From: a bacterium
GTDB taxonomy: Bacteria; Patescibacteriota; Minisyncoccia; Moranbacterales; UBA1568
Assembly: GCA_021821305.1 (NCBI GenBank)
Contig: JAKACP010000001.1
Coordinates: 330,453-394,452, forward strand
Direction: 5' to 3'
Length of the DNA: 64,000 bases
The notes beneath the pieces were generated by a model. The model worked only from the letters and a program-made list of their open reading frames with translations, did no database searches and was not told the origin of the DNA. This document shows, piece after piece, positions 1 through 9,782 of this stretch (position 1 is its first letter; every line of letters starts with the position of its first letter). Position numbers and translations under genes: made by a program.

Positions 1-17
1 ATTCGAATACCCTCCGG

Positions 18-1532
18 GTGAAGAAGCGCGTGAAGAACAAACGGGCGGCGTTCGACTATATCTTCCGCAATTTCGACGAGGAGAGCGCGATGCTGCTCTC
101 GGCCGAGGAGATCGCGAGCATCTTCCATTTCCCGATATCCGTGACCGAGACGCCCAAGATAAAATGGCTCAAGTCCGGAGCCGCCGCGCCGCCGGTCAAT
201 ATCCCGAAGGAAGGCATACTCCTCGGCTACAGCGACTACCGCGGCGTGAAGACGGATATCCGCATCACGGACAAGGACCGCCGCCGGCACATGTACGTGA
301 TCGGTCAGACGGGTACCGGAAAGTCCGTTTTTCTCGAGAACATGGCCAAGGCGGACGCCAAGGACAAGAAGGGATTCTGCGTCATCGATCCGCACGGTGA
401 TCTCATCGAGGATGTGCTCGCCGCTATTCCCCGCGAACGGGCGGACGATGTCATCGTGTTCGATCCGTCCGACATCGGTCGCCCTATCGGCCTCAACATG
501 CTCGAGTACGATGCCAAACATCCGGAGCAGAAGACCTTCGTGATAAACGAGATGATCGGCATATTCGATCAGCTCTACGACCTGAAGTCGACCGGCGGCC
601 CGATGTTCGAGCAGTATATGCGAAACGCGATGCTCCTCATCATGGAGGATCCGTCGACCGGGTCGACCCTGATGGAGATACCGCGTGTGCTCGCGGACGA
701 GGAATTCCGGCGGCTCAAGCTTTCCAAATGTCAGAATCCGATCGTCCGGGACTTCTGGCTCAAGGAGGCGGAGAAGGCCGGGGGCGAGGCATCACTCGCG
801 AATATGGTTCCCTATATCACGTCCAAGCTCACGACGTTCATCTCCAACGACATCATGCGGCCCATCATCGCCCAGCAGGAATCCGGGCTCGATTTCCGCG
901 ATATCATGGACAGCGGTAAGATCCTGCTCGTGAACCTGTCCAAGGGAAAGATCGGGGAGATCAACGCGCGGTTGCTCGGTATGGTGGTCGTCGGTAAGAT
1001 CCTCATGGCGGCACTCTCGCGGGTCGACACGCCGAACGAGGACGATCGCCGCGATTTCTACCTGTACCTGGACGAATTCCAGAATGTCACCACCAATTCC
1101 ATCGCGCAGATACTCTCGGAGGCGCGCAAGTACCGGCTCGACCTCGTTCTCGCGCATCAGTTCATCGGCCAGCTCAAGGAGGAGATCTCCAAGGCGGTGT
1201 TCGGCAACGTGGGATCGATGATCACGTTCCGTGTCGGCCCGGAGGACGCCGATTTCCTGGAAAAACAGTTCTCGCCCGTATTCTCCGCGAACGATCTCAT
1301 GAACGTCGACAATTTCAACTGCTTCACCCGATTGCTCGTGAACAACGAGCTCACCAAGCCGTTCAATATGAGGACGAACGCGCCCACGGGCGGGGATCGC
1401 GAGCTCGCAAAAGCGTTCAAGGAGCTCTCCCGCCTCCGCTACGGTCGCGACGCGACCATCGTGAACCGCGAGATCCTCGAGCGGGTGAACCGTTTTACCA
1501 AGATAGCGGACTCGGTGATGAAGAAGGACTGA
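18..1532 (+). CDS. TraG/VirD4-like (type IV coupling protein family) P-loop ATPase, probably 5'-truncated by the window edge
   Basis: Walker A GQTGTGKS; DEFQN...AHQ motif typical of the TraD/TraG C-terminal region; ORF runs to the window start. Confidence 0.5.
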   Translation: MKKRVKNKRAAFDYIFRNFDEESAMLLSAEEIASIFHFPISVTETPKIKWLKSGAAAPPVNIPKEGILLGYSDYRGVKTDIRITDKDRRRHMYVIGQTGTGKSVFLENMAKADAKDKKGFCVIDPHGDLIEDVLAAIPRERADDVIVFDPSDIGRPIGLNMLEYDAKHPEQKTFVINEMIGIFDQLYDLKSTGGPMFEQYMRNAMLLIMEDPSTGSTLMEIPRVLADEEFRRLKLSKCQNPIVRDFWLKEAEKAGGEASLANMVPYITSKLTTFISNDIMRPIIAQQESGLDFRDIMDSGKILLVNLSKGKIGEINARLLGMVVVGKILMAALSRVDTPNEDDRRDFYLYLDEFQNVTTNSIAQILSEARKYRLDLVLAHQFIGQLKEEISKAVFGNVGSMITFRVGPEDADFLEKQFSPVFSANDLMNVDNFNCFTRLLVNNELTKPFNMRTNAPTGGDRELAKAFKELSRLRYGRDATIVNREILERVNRFTKIADSVMKKD

Positions 1533-1560
1533 TCGTGCGGTCGATACGACCGGAAAAGCG

Positions 1561-1590
1561 AAAGCCCCGCATTTGCGGGGCTTTCGCCGT
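1561..1590. terminator. Hairpin AAAGCCCCGCATTTGCGGGGCTTT between convergent genes (bidirectional terminator)
   Basis: Perfect GC stem flanked by A/T runs, seen in sequence. Confidence 0.5.
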
Positions 1591-1623
1591 AAGAAAGAAC
1601 TTCATGAAGTCTGTATCCTGATC

Positions 1624-2226
1624 CTATTTCCTGAATTCCGCCACGCGGGAGGAATACTTCTCGAGATTCTTGAGCTGTCCTTCGGAGAGCGTCTTGGATT
1701 GAGCGATAGCCTGTCCGATGAGATCTTTCGAGAACTCGACGGATGTTCCGATCTCGACGCCGCCTTGGTGCGTGACCGCCTTGCGGAGATAATCCTCGAT
1801 GTAGATCTTATGCTCGACGGTGAGCGACGAATCCGGGTTCTTCTCGAGGTAGTTCGCGGTGGCCTTTCTGGCGAGGTGCGTCAACCCGTCACCACGTTCC
1901 GCCGTTTCGATGAACGATCCGGCCGTTTCGCGGCTGGTTTCCGTCGGGGCGACGGTCTCCTGTCCGGATACCGGCTCCGCTTCCACCTCCTCCGCCTCCA
2001 TGCCTTCCTCTTCCGCTTCGGTGGCTTCGGACGAGACACTCGTCTCATCGGCGGTCATCGATTCGTCTGACGGCAGGCTTCGGTCGGAGTATGAGTAGAT
2101 ACCGAGCGCGATCGCCGCGACGATGAAGACGCTGACGATGACGCGGAGATTTTCCTGTATCCACGCCTTCGTCTTTTCAGCTGTTCCCTCCTCAAAGTCC
2201 ATTTCTTCGTTTTCCATATGAGTCAC
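1624..2226 (-). CDS. Hypothetical membrane-anchored protein with an acidic Glu-rich segment
   Basis: 200 aa ORF, N-terminal TM helix, no recognisable domain. Confidence 0.4.
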   Translation of the reverse strand: MTHMENEEMDFEEGTAEKTKAWIQENLRVIVSVFIVAAIALGIYSYSDRSLPSDESMTADETSVSSEATEAEEEGMEAEEVEAEPVSGQETVAPTETSRETAGSFIETAERGDGLTHLARKATANYLEKNPDSSLTVEHKIYIEDYLRKAVTHQGGVEIGTSVEFSKDLIGQAIAQSKTLSEGQLKNLEKYSSRVAEFRK

Positions 2227-2851
2227 CTTCCTTTCTAGCTAATAGGTTATGGAAAGGAACCGCTTGCGTTGAAGCTTCTCTTTTTGATGCGCCCGCGATA
2301 CGTGATCTTGGGCGATCGACCCCCTTGCCTCCATGGTAGAGCCGTCCACGGGATGCGTCAACACTGGACAACCTACCCCGTTTATGGCGATATTTCCTTT
2401 TCGTATCGTATTTTTTGAGCGATTTTTCGGCCGGCTTTTCCATGTCAATGCATGAAAAACATTTCCGAACGTTTCTCAGCCGGGAAAATTTCTTTCGCAT
2501 CATCATATTCGGAATATGCTTCGTATTTTCGGGAGTGAATCTTTCGGATGAAAGAGCATAGACGTGTTCGAGTGAAAAAATCGAAACATCGATCACTGAT
2601 CGTTCATCGCATGTGAAATGTTTTTCTTTCTTTTTATTTTTTCATGCGGGAGCTTTCATTTCGTTCGACGATACCTCTTGACAGGATTTTATTTCGCTTC
2701 CATTTTTTGAAAAAATATCATACAATAAATTCACGTAGGAGAAAAAAATTTCTCCGCGTGACATAAACAATTCGCGTTCGACGATACAACGTATCATCGT
2801 TGCGCGAACAAATCTCCGCGAAAGCGGAAACACGAAAGGAGGTGAACAACC

Positions 2852-3028
2852 ATGGCCGCAAAAAAGAAAGTCGCGAAGAAGAAAGTCGCGAAGAAGGCAG
2901 TGAAGAAGACCGTGAAGAAGGCTGTGAAGAAGGTCGCCAAGAAGGCGGTAAAGAAGACCGCGAAGAAGGCGGTAAAGAAGACCGCGAAGAAGGCTACCAA
3001 GAAAGCGACGAAGAAGGGTAAGAAATAG
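2852..3028 (+). CDS. Small lysine-rich histone H1/Hc1-like DNA-binding protein (AKKAVKK repeats), 58 aa
   Basis: Strong SD AAAGGAGGTG 7 nt upstream of the ATG; KKAVKKT repeat protein; absent from the ORF track because it is <60 aa; the minus-strand ORF 2794-3000 is its mirror image. Confidence 0.6.
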   Translation: MAAKKKVAKKKVAKKAVKKTVKKAVKKVAKKAVKKTAKKAVKKTAKKATKKATKKGKK

Positions 3029-3079
3029 TCTTATTTCTCCACTTTTTGGTTCTTCGAATAATCCCGCCGCAAGGCGGGT

Positions 3080-4006
3080 TTATTCATGTCCGAGAACAAA
3101 GGAAAAGATGCGTGATCTCCCCGACAGATCGGGGAGTATGGAGGACCGTTCGCGCGGGAATGTCCCCTTGAAGAGGTCGGTGATGAGGGCGTCCTGTTCG
3201 GGACCGATCTCGAATATTCCACGGATGCCAAGAGACGGATATGCCTCCGTCATTTTTCGTATCTGTGAGAAGAGTTCGCGATAGTGATCGAGTCCGTCCG
3301 CTCCGCTTTCGAGCGCGTCCTTCGGTTCGTAGAGTCGCACGTCGTCGGAGGAGGAGCGGTAGATATCCGAGGAGAGATAGGGGAGATTCGCGAGGATGAC
3401 GAGCTCATCAGTGGCGACGATCGATCCCGTGATCGGTTCGAGAAGGCTTCCCTGATGAAATGAGATGATATCGCCGACCCCGTTTCGTTCCGCGTTCGCT
3501 TCCGCCATCCTGAGCGCGGCGGCGGAAATATCGATGGCATGGAACGCGAACATCGATTTCTCCTGCATGAGTTCGGCGGCGACGGATACGATGATGGCTC
3601 CGCTGCCGGTGCCCACATCCGCGACGAGGATGTTCTTTGCCGGCTTTGCCGTTTCATCCGCGATGAGCCGGCGCAGCTCCTCGATCGCCCGTTCCACGAG
3701 GAGTTCGGTTTCCGGTCGGGGAATGAGCGTATTTTCGGTCACGAGAAAGGATCGGCCGAAAAATTCCTTTTCCCCGACGATGTAGGCGACCGGTTCGCTC
3801 CGCTTCCGCCGTTCGAACATCCCGACCGCTTTTCGGTATTCCTCGTCGGAGAGGACGTGTTCGGGATGGGCGAAGAGGAACTCTTTCGACCGGCCCGCGG
3901 CATGGGCGAGCAGGATGAAGAGGTCTTCGGGAGCGAGCGCCGCCGCGTACGCTTTCCGGATGTGTCCGACCGTCTTATCGTTCATCGGAATTGTGGTGGC
4001 TGTCAT
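3080..4006 (-). CDS. prmC: Release factor glutamine methyltransferase PrmC/HemK
   Basis: SAM MTase motifs [11 protein letters not shown] and NLPY; ATG overlaps the prfA stop (ATGA); start chosen at MTATT rather than the upstream ORF start. Confidence 0.8.
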   Translation of the reverse strand: MTATTIPMNDKTVGHIRKAYAAALAPEDLFILLAHAAGRSKEFLFAHPEHVLSDEEYRKAVGMFERRKRSEPVAYIVGEKEFFGRSFLVTENTLIPRPETELLVERAIEELRRLIADETAKPAKNILVADVGTGSGAIIVSVAAELMQEKSMFAFHAIDISAAALRMAEANAERNGVGDIISFHQGSLLEPITGSIVATDELVILANLPYLSSDIYRSSSDDVRLYEPKDALESGADGLDHYRELFSQIRKMTEAYPSLGIRGIFEIGPEQDALITDLFKGTFPRERSSILPDLSGRSRIFSFVLGHE

Positions 4007-5088
4007 TTGTTCGATTCCTGTTCGAGTTTGCGGCGCATGTCCTCTTCCTCGAGCGCGGTGGCGATGTCCTTGAGGCCGCCGTTCAGTATCCCGGGGATGT
4101 TGCTCCACGATTCCTTGATGCGGTGATCCGTGACGCGATCCTGGGGGAAATTGTACGTGCGGATCTTCTCGGAGCGGTCTCCGGTACCGATCTGGTTGCG
4201 CCGCGTGTCACCGAGCTCCTTGGCCTGCCGCTCCTCCTCCATCTGGAGGATGCGGGAACGGAGCACCTTCATCGCCTTTTCCTTGTTCTTGATCTGGGAT
4301 TTCTCGTCCTGACAGGACACGACGGTATTGGTCGGTATGTGCGTAATGCGCACCGCGCTGTAGGTCGTGTTGACCGATTGGCCGCCGGGGCCGGAGGAAC
4401 AGAAGGTATCGATACGCAGGTCGCTCGGATTGATCTCGATGTCGACCTCTTCGGCCACCGGAAGCACCGCGACCGTCGCGGTCGAGGTGTGTATGCGGCC
4501 GGCCTTCTCGGTTTCCGGTATGCGCTGGACCCGGTGGACACCCGATTCGTACTTCAGTTTCTGATAGACGGGGGAGGGGGAACTTCCACGGCTCACCTCG
4601 AAGACGACTTCCTTGAACCCGCCGACTTCGGTCTGGTTCGAGTGGAGGACGTTGAGACGCCACTCCATGATTTCGGCATAGCGCGAATACATACGGAACA
4701 GATCCGCCGCGAACAGACTGGATTCGTCGCCACCGGCACCGCCGCGGATTTCCACGATCGCATCCTTGTCGTCGTTCGGGTCGCGGGGGAGGAGGAGCTT
4801 CTTCAGCTCCTTTTCGAGCGTGTCGCGGCGGACGGCAAGCGAGATGTTCTCCTCCATCGCCAGTTGCTTGAACTCCTCGTCGTCGGAATCCCTGATGATT
4901 CCCGCGTTTTCCTTCATCGATCGCAGGACGGCGTCGAATTCCCGCGCACGCTCAAGGACGCCGGAAAGCTCCGCTTTGCGGCGACCGAGCACGGCGAGGC
5001 GCTTCGGGTCCCTCGAGACCTCCGGGTCGCTCAGTTCGGCATCGACCCGCTCCGCCTCCTCCTGGATATTTTTTATGAGTTCGTCCAT
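4003..5088 (-). CDS. prfA: Peptide chain release factor 1
   Basis: GGQ motif ([11 protein letters not shown]), full-length RF1 similarity. Confidence 0.9.
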   Translation of the reverse strand: MDELIKNIQEEAERVDAELSDPEVSRDPKRLAVLGRRKAELSGVLERAREFDAVLRSMKENAGIIRDSDDEEFKQLAMEENISLAVRRDTLEKELKKLLLPRDPNDDKDAIVEIRGGAGGDESSLFAADLFRMYSRYAEIMEWRLNVLHSNQTEVGGFKEVVFEVSRGSSPSPVYQKLKYESGVHRVQRIPETEKAGRIHTSTATVAVLPVAEEVDIEINPSDLRIDTFCSSGPGGQSVNTTYSAVRITHIPTNTVVSCQDEKSQIKNKEKAMKVLRSRILQMEEERQAKELGDTRRNQIGTGDRSEKIRTYNFPQDRVTDHRIKESWSNIPGILNGGLKDIATALEEEDMRRKLEQESNK

Positions 5089-5124
5089 ATGTCTCCATGA
5101 TACTACGAAAGCGTCTTCAATCTA

Positions 5125-5306
5125 AGAGCCTGTTGAAAAACTCACCGCCATGAAAGAAGATACCCGCTTGTCGGCTAAAATTCCGAAATTTCGTCTGCAA
5201 ACCGCTCACGCCTCGTCGGAATATCTCGATATTCCTCCTCGACCTTCACGGTTTTCGATCGAAATTTCGGAATTTGTAGCTCGACATGACTTTTTCAACA
5301 GGCTCT
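5125..5306 (-). repeat. Palindromic intergenic element, copy 4 (reverse orientation relative to copies 1-3)
   Basis: Terminal inverted repeats AGAGCCTGTTGAAAAA/TTTTTCAACAGGCTCT; conserved core motifs shared with copies at 18252, 20964 and 39296. Confidence 0.7.
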
Positions 5307-5361
5307 AAGCAAAAGGCGCCTGCCGAAATCGTATGGCAAGCGCCCCTGTTTCCGCGCCGGA

Positions 5362-5655
5362 CTACTTTGCGGCGACAGCTTCCTTTTTCTCGGCTTTCTT
5401 TGAGGCCTTTTCTTCCTTCGAAGCATGCTTCTTGGCGGCCGTCTTCTTTTTCTCGGCCTTTTCGGCGAGTTTCTTGAAGCGATCGACCCGTCCGGTGGTG
5501 TCGACGTACTTCTTCTTCCCGGTGTAGAACGGATGGCACTTCGCGCAGATCTCTATCTCGAGATCCTTGGTCGTCGAGCCGGTCTCATAAACCGCGCCAC
5601 AGGCGCACTTTATGGTCGCATCTTCGTGATATTTCGGATGAATTCCCTGTTGCAT
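5362..5655 (-). CDS. rpmE: Ribosomal protein L31 with a Lys/Ala/Glu-rich C-terminal extension
   Basis: [10 protein letters not shown]...CHPFYTGK signature; ~30 aa KKAEKK tail. Confidence 0.85.
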   Translation of the reverse strand: MQQGIHPKYHEDATIKCACGAVYETGSTTKDLEIEICAKCHPFYTGKKKYVDTTGRVDRFKKLAEKAEKKKTAAKKHASKEEKASKKAEKKEAVAAK

Positions 5656-5992
5656 AGCGGTGTGAGGCGGAGAGGCTCAAAAAGGATTATAAAAAAAGAC
5701 GCTTCTCCTAAGCGAAGGAAGCCTACCATGCGTTATCGAAATTGACAAGGGGCGGAAGTTCGTTTATGCTCAATCGTGCCTTCCGCTCTAAGGAGCGGTC
5801 GGACATCATTCATGTTTTCCGCGATTTCCGGCCTTTTCCTGTCCCGCTTCGGCGGGATTACTGGTCCGGTTGGAGAACAGGTGGTAGCGCCATGTATCAG
5901 GCGTTTTTGTTTATCGAAGACGCAAGATCGGCGCTTCCGGAGTAAATCAAGGGATTCTTTCCCCTCCGGATTAAGCAATTAAGGAAAAACGT

Positions 5993-6793
5993 ATGTCGAA
6001 TGCAGCAATATCCGCCGAGCCGGAGGTTTCTCCGGTGAAGGCCAAGGCGTCACCGCTCGCCGAACTTTCGTTCACGGAGTTCGATTTTTCGGGTCTCGAC
6101 CAGAGCCTCGAGTCGATGCTCAAGAGCGGCGTCCACTTCGGACACCTGAAATCGCGTCTTCATCCGAGGATGGCCGATTTCGTTTTTTTGACTCGGCAGA
6201 ATATCAATATCATCGACCTTGAGAAGACGAACGAATATCTCGGGCGCGCCGGAGAGTTCCTCGCGAGCGTCGCGAAGAGCGGCAAGCCGATCCTGTTCGT
6301 CGGCATGAAGAAGCACACGCACATCTTCATCAAGTCCCTCGCGGACCGGCTCGGCGAGCACTACGTCATCGACCGCTGGCTCGGCGGCACGCTCACCAAC
6401 TTTTCCTGCATCCGGAAGCGCGCGGCGTATCTCTGCGACACCGAGGAGAAGCTCGAGCAGGGAGCATTCAATATGTACACCAAGTTCGAGCGGCAGAAGA
6501 AGCTCGAGGAAGTCGAACGGCTGGAGCGGCGCATGGGCGGTATCAAGAACATGAAGGAGCTCCCCGGAGCGATCGTCATCGCCGACGGCAAGGAGGCGAA
6601 AATCGTCATAGACGAGGCCCGCGCCATGGGTGTCCCGGTCGTGGCGATCATCGACACGAACGCCGATCCGTCTTCGGTCGAGTACCCGATTCCCGGCAAC
6701 GATGACGCACTTTCGTCGCTTCGGTTCCTGCTCGGATCCCTCGGGAAAACGGTTTTCGAGGCGAAGCACTCGGCCCCGAAGGAGACAAAATAA
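5993..6793 (+). CDS. rpsB: Ribosomal protein S2 (possible ~41 aa N-terminal extension; alternative start at 6116)
   Basis: GVHFGH...WLGGTLTN motifs; SD AAGGA before 5993. Confidence 0.85.
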   Translation: MSNAAISAEPEVSPVKAKASPLAELSFTEFDFSGLDQSLESMLKSGVHFGHLKSRLHPRMADFVFLTRQNINIIDLEKTNEYLGRAGEFLASVAKSGKPILFVGMKKHTHIFIKSLADRLGEHYVIDRWLGGTLTNFSCIRKRAAYLCDTEEKLEQGAFNMYTKFERQKKLEEVERLERRMGGIKNMKELPGAIVIADGKEAKIVIDEARAMGVPVVAIIDTNADPSSVEYPIPGNDDALSSLRFLLGSLGKTVFEAKHSAPKETK

Positions 6794-6800
6794 ATATTGA

Positions 6801-7397
6801 GTGACAACCACTATGGCAACCATGGAGCAGATAAAAGCGCTTCGTGAGCGGACCGGGGCAGGCATCGTCGATGTCAAGAAAGCCCTCGAAGAAGCGAACG
6901 GGGACGAGGAAGGGGCGATCAAGATCCTCCGGGAGCGCGGCGCCGCCAAGGCGGTCAAGAAGACCGACCGCGAAGCCAAGGAAGGCTTCATCGGGTCGTA
7001 CATCCACACCAACGGGAAAGTGGGATCGCTCGTCAAACTGTACTGCGAGACCGACTTCGTGGCCCGCAATGACGATTTCAAGACCCTCGCGCGCGACATC
7101 GCCATGCACGTCGCCGCGATGAACCCTTCGGTGGTCCGTCCGGAGGACGTGCCCGAGGAGACGATCTCCAAGGAGCGCGAAGTGTGGGTCGAACAGGTCC
7201 GACAGGAGGGGAAGCCGGAAGCCATCGCCGAGAAGATCCTCGCCGGCAAGGAAAAGAAATTCCGCGAGGAGACCGCGCTTCTGACCCAGAGCTTCGTGAA
7301 GGATCCGGAAGTGACGGTAGAGACCCTCATCTCGACGAATGTCCAGAAGATGGGCGAGAACATACAGGTCGGATCGTTCGTCCGCTTCGAGATATAG
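6801..7397 (+). CDS. tsf: Elongation factor Ts, short form (~198 aa)
   Basis: LRERTGAGIVDVKKAL UBA-like N-terminus; alternative starts at 6813 or 6822. Confidence 0.85.
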   Translation: MTTTMATMEQIKALRERTGAGIVDVKKALEEANGDEEGAIKILRERGAAKAVKKTDREAKEGFIGSYIHTNGKVGSLVKLYCETDFVARNDDFKTLARDIAMHVAAMNPSVVRPEDVPEETISKEREVWVEQVRQEGKPEAIAEKILAGKEKKFREETALLTQSFVKDPEVTVETLISTNVQKMGENIQVGSFVRFEI

Positions 7398-7429
7398 GGT
7401 ATTAATCGGGAACACCAGCATTCACGTTC

Positions 7430-8245
7430 ATGTGGTATCTCATCGTCCCACCATTCATAGTGATATTCGGCCTCGGGGTGCTCTTGTGGTATCTGTCCCG
7501 GAGGATGGACGACCCGACGACGATCGAGAAGATGGAGGCGCTCAAAGGTACGATCGACTCGGGGGCCCATTCCCGCTCATTGGATAGGAAGGCTTTTTTC
7601 CTGAAGCTTCTGGAAAAGAACGCCTCCCGGTTCAAGACGGGAACGCTCCGTGTCCACAACTTCTTCCAGTATTCCCTCGAGGGGCTGCGCGCGAAAAGGA
7701 AAAAGCTCGATGAGATGCGGAAAGAGGTGGAGGAGAGACGGCACGCCGAGGCCACTCCCGAGGAGAAGCATCGCTTTCTCGGCGGATGGGGCAGGAAGAG
7801 CGAAGAGACCGTAATCGAGGAGCCGACGGTTCCGGCGGTTCGGGAGGAACCGATCGCCACGCCCATCATCCAGAAACCGGGTCGCTCGTTCAAGCGATTT
7901 CTGCAGAGGAATGTTCCGGTAGAGACCGAAACGGTCGTTACCGCGGAAGCGGAAGCCGAGAAGTCGTTCGAACCGACGGTGAGCCGCAGGGTAGCGAATC
8001 CCGACACCGTCCCGGAAATCGCTCCAAAAAAGAGTGCGCGCGAGGAAGCCCTCATCTCGAGGATCGCGGAGAATCCGAGGGACGCAGCCGCCTATGAGGA
8101 GCTCGGTGACCTGTATTTCTCGGCGAAGAACTTGCAGGATGCCAAGGCCTGCTACCGGCAGGTGATCAAACTCCATCCGACGAATCGCGCGGTGAAGATC
8201 AAGATCAGGCGATTGGAAAAGTTTTTTGAAGGCGGTGCTTTGTAG
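7430..8245 (+). CDS. Hypothetical membrane protein with a C-terminal TPR-like segment
   Basis: N-terminal TM helix, TPR-like C-terminus (YEELGDLYF...AKACYRQVIKL). Confidence 0.4.
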   Translation: MWYLIVPPFIVIFGLGVLLWYLSRRMDDPTTIEKMEALKGTIDSGAHSRSLDRKAFFLKLLEKNASRFKTGTLRVHNFFQYSLEGLRAKRKKLDEMRKEVEERRHAEATPEEKHRFLGGWGRKSEETVIEEPTVPAVREEPIATPIIQKPGRSFKRFLQRNVPVETETVVTAEAEAEKSFEPTVSRRVANPDTVPEIAPKKSAREEALISRIAENPRDAAAYEELGDLYFSAKNLQDAKACYRQVIKLHPTNRAVKIKIRRLEKFFEGGAL

Positions 8246-8270
8246 TATACTGTTGCGGTGAGGGTGCCGC

Positions 8271-8342
8271 GCCACCTTAGCTCAGTGGTAGAGCAGCGGT
8301 TTTGTAAACCGTTGGTCCTCGGTTCAAATCCGAGAGGTGGCT
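8271..8342 (+). tRNA. tRNA-Thr(TGT)
   Basis: Cloverleaf; anticodon loop TTTGTAA; acceptor GCCACCT/AGGTGGC. Confidence 0.8.
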
Positions 8343-8440
8343 CATGGAAGGGGATGGAAACATCGGAAGGTGCAACGGTCGTATTCCGCTTGTCGGAATC
8401 CCTCGTTCTCGTTCCGAGATTTGCATCCGCAGGTCTCCGT

Positions 8441-8524
8441 GGGCAGGTGGCGGAGCGGTCAATCGCAGCAGACTGTAAATCTGTCGCCCTACGGGCTACG
8501 GGGGTTCGAATCCCTCCCTGCCCA
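8441..8524 (+). tRNA. tRNA-Tyr(GTA), long variable arm
   Basis: Acceptor GGGCAGG/CCTGCCC; anticodon loop CTGTAAA; T-loop TTCGAAT. Confidence 0.85.
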
Positions 8525-8600
8525 CAGAAGCCGTTTTTGATGTCGCAAGCGTGGCAATGGAGTCGGTTTTATGAAGAAGGAGGGAGGGATGAGAAGTTTA

Positions 8601-8637
8601 TGCCCCGCAGGGGTAAATCCCTCCCTGCCCACAGAAA

Positions 8638-8643
<6 letters not shown>
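8601..8643 (+). repeat. Duplicate of the tRNA-Tyr 3' end (AATCCCTCCCTGCCCACAGAA) preceded by hairpin GCCCCGCAGGGGT; att-like scar
   Basis: 21-27 bp direct repeat of 8509-8535, placed 80 bp downstream of tRNA-Tyr. Confidence 0.6.
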
Positions 8644-8710
<67 letters not shown>

Positions 8711-8770
8711 CAATATTGACGGAATGCGCTTTTTTCCGTACAGTAGGTACATTATCTTTTTTGAATCGGT

Positions 8771-8932
8771 ATGGGGAAGATCAAGGACAACATGGCGAAA
8801 ATGAAGTGCTCCGAGTGTGGACGCATCACGACGTATACGAAGCGGAATAAGAAGAAAGTGAAAGAGAAGCTTTCCCTCCAGAAGTACTGCAATTTCTGCA
8901 GGAAACACACCACGCACAACGAGAGCAAATAG
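8771..8932 (+). CDS. rpmG: Ribosomal protein L33 (alternative start 8792)
   Basis: Two CxxC pairs (CSEC, CNFC) and the KYC..C.KHT.H.E.K signature; <60 aa so absent from the ORF track. Confidence 0.75.
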   Translation: MGKIKDNMAKMKCSECGRITTYTKRNKKKVKEKLSLQKYCNFCRKHTTHNESK

Positions 8933-8950
8933 GCTCTCGTTGCGGGTTTC

Positions 8951-9021
8951 GGGAGTGTCGTATAGTGGCAGTACAACGGTCTCCAAAACCGTTTGCGTAG
9001 GTTCGATTCCTACCACTCCTG
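8951..9021 (+). tRNA. tRNA-Trp(CCA)
   Basis: Anticodon loop CTCCAAA; acceptor GGGAGTG/CACTCCT (G1-U72). Confidence 0.75.
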
Positions 9022-9042
9022 CTGAAGGCAACGCCGAATCAT

Positions 9043-9114
9043 GGCCCTATCGTCTAGCGGCTAGGACATCTCCCTCTCACGGAGGAAACAGGGGTTCGAT
9101 TCCCCTTAGGGCTA
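9043..9114 (+). tRNA. tRNA-Glu(CTC)
   Basis: Glu-type D-arm TCGTCTAGCGGCTAGGAC; anticodon loop CTCTCAC; acceptor GGCCCTA/TAGGGCT (G1-U72). Confidence 0.7.
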
Positions 9115-9160
9115 CGGATAAAATCATAAAATTGAGGCTTTACCGAAGCCTCTTTTTTTA

Positions 9161-9189
9161 TTGACAAAATTGCAATAGTATGCTATTAT
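9161..9189 (+). promoter_or_regulatory. Consensus sigma70-like promoter TTGACA-N17-TATTAT upstream of the lipoprotein gene
   Basis: Seen in sequence; preceded by terminator hairpin GAGGCTTTACCGAAGCCTC plus T-run (9134-9158). Confidence 0.5.
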
Positions 9190-9257
9190 ATGCAGTTGCG
9201 AGTACTCATCGCAATCGCCTGATTCTCAGCGTATGAGAAAGCTCTTTCAAGGAGAAA

Positions 9258-9536
9258 ATGATGGCCCGTTACCACTTACCGTATTTGTTTCTGGCGTTCT
9301 TGTTGTTGGGATGCGATCCTGCTTCCAATCCGAAGAATGTTGAGGAAGAGACATGCGGTGAGGTCGACTACCGTAATGGTGTCCTCTTCTTCCCATGCGC
9401 AAGAGACAACTTTGCGAATAGCCTCAGTCGTTATCGGGAGGCACATCCGGATCTGGATGTCGTTAGCATCGCTGGAAATAGTGCTGGTTTCTACGGTACA
9501 GACAAAGGATACTTCGTAGTTGTCAAAAAGAAGTAA
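9258..9536 (+). CDS. Small lipoprotein (lipobox LLLGC), low-GC gene
   Basis: Signal peptide plus lipobox; GC content clearly lower than neighbouring genes. Confidence 0.5.
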   Translation: MMARYHLPYLFLAFLLLGCDPASNPKNVEEETCGEVDYRNGVLFFPCARDNFANSLSRYREAHPDLDVVSIAGNSAGFYGTDKGYFVVVKKK

Positions 9537-9576
9537 GCGCTTCAAAATTTTTCGGGTATAAAAGAAACCCCGAAAA

Positions 9577-9619
9577 CCGCGCACACAGGAACAACAATTC
9601 TCGTGCGCGGTCTTTTTTT
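9577..9619 (+). terminator. Rho-independent terminator CCGCGCACA...GTGCGCGG plus T9
   Basis: GC-rich stem followed by TCTTTTTTT. Confidence 0.6.
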
Positions 9620-9782
9620 ATTCCGTTTCCTCAATTTAGTACGCCAGCCAGCAGTTCATTCGCTTACTCACCAATAAGCTCCAGCTCCCTGTTATCTGAT
9701 TCCAATCGTTTCTTATGTTGACTACAAAAGACCCGCCTTTCGGCGGGTTTTGTGTTAGAATAAATATCTAAGGCTTACCCCT

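Noticed and set aside
2794-3000. Minus-strand ORF with FFTAFF repeats
   Set aside because: Mirror image of the Lys-rich KKAVKK gene on the plus strand, which has a strong SD and a plausible product.
6050-7570. 506-aa minus-strand ORF antisense to rpsB and tsf
   Set aside because: Overlaps two highly conserved ribosomal genes on the other strand. This is a typical high-GC antisense ORF with a low-complexity translation.
8792-8932. Apparent +1 frameshift in rpmG (L33)
   Set aside because: On re-reading the sequence (…GAGTGTGGACGCATC…) the frame is continuous. I had mis-transcribed the line break at 8820/8821. The gene is intact.
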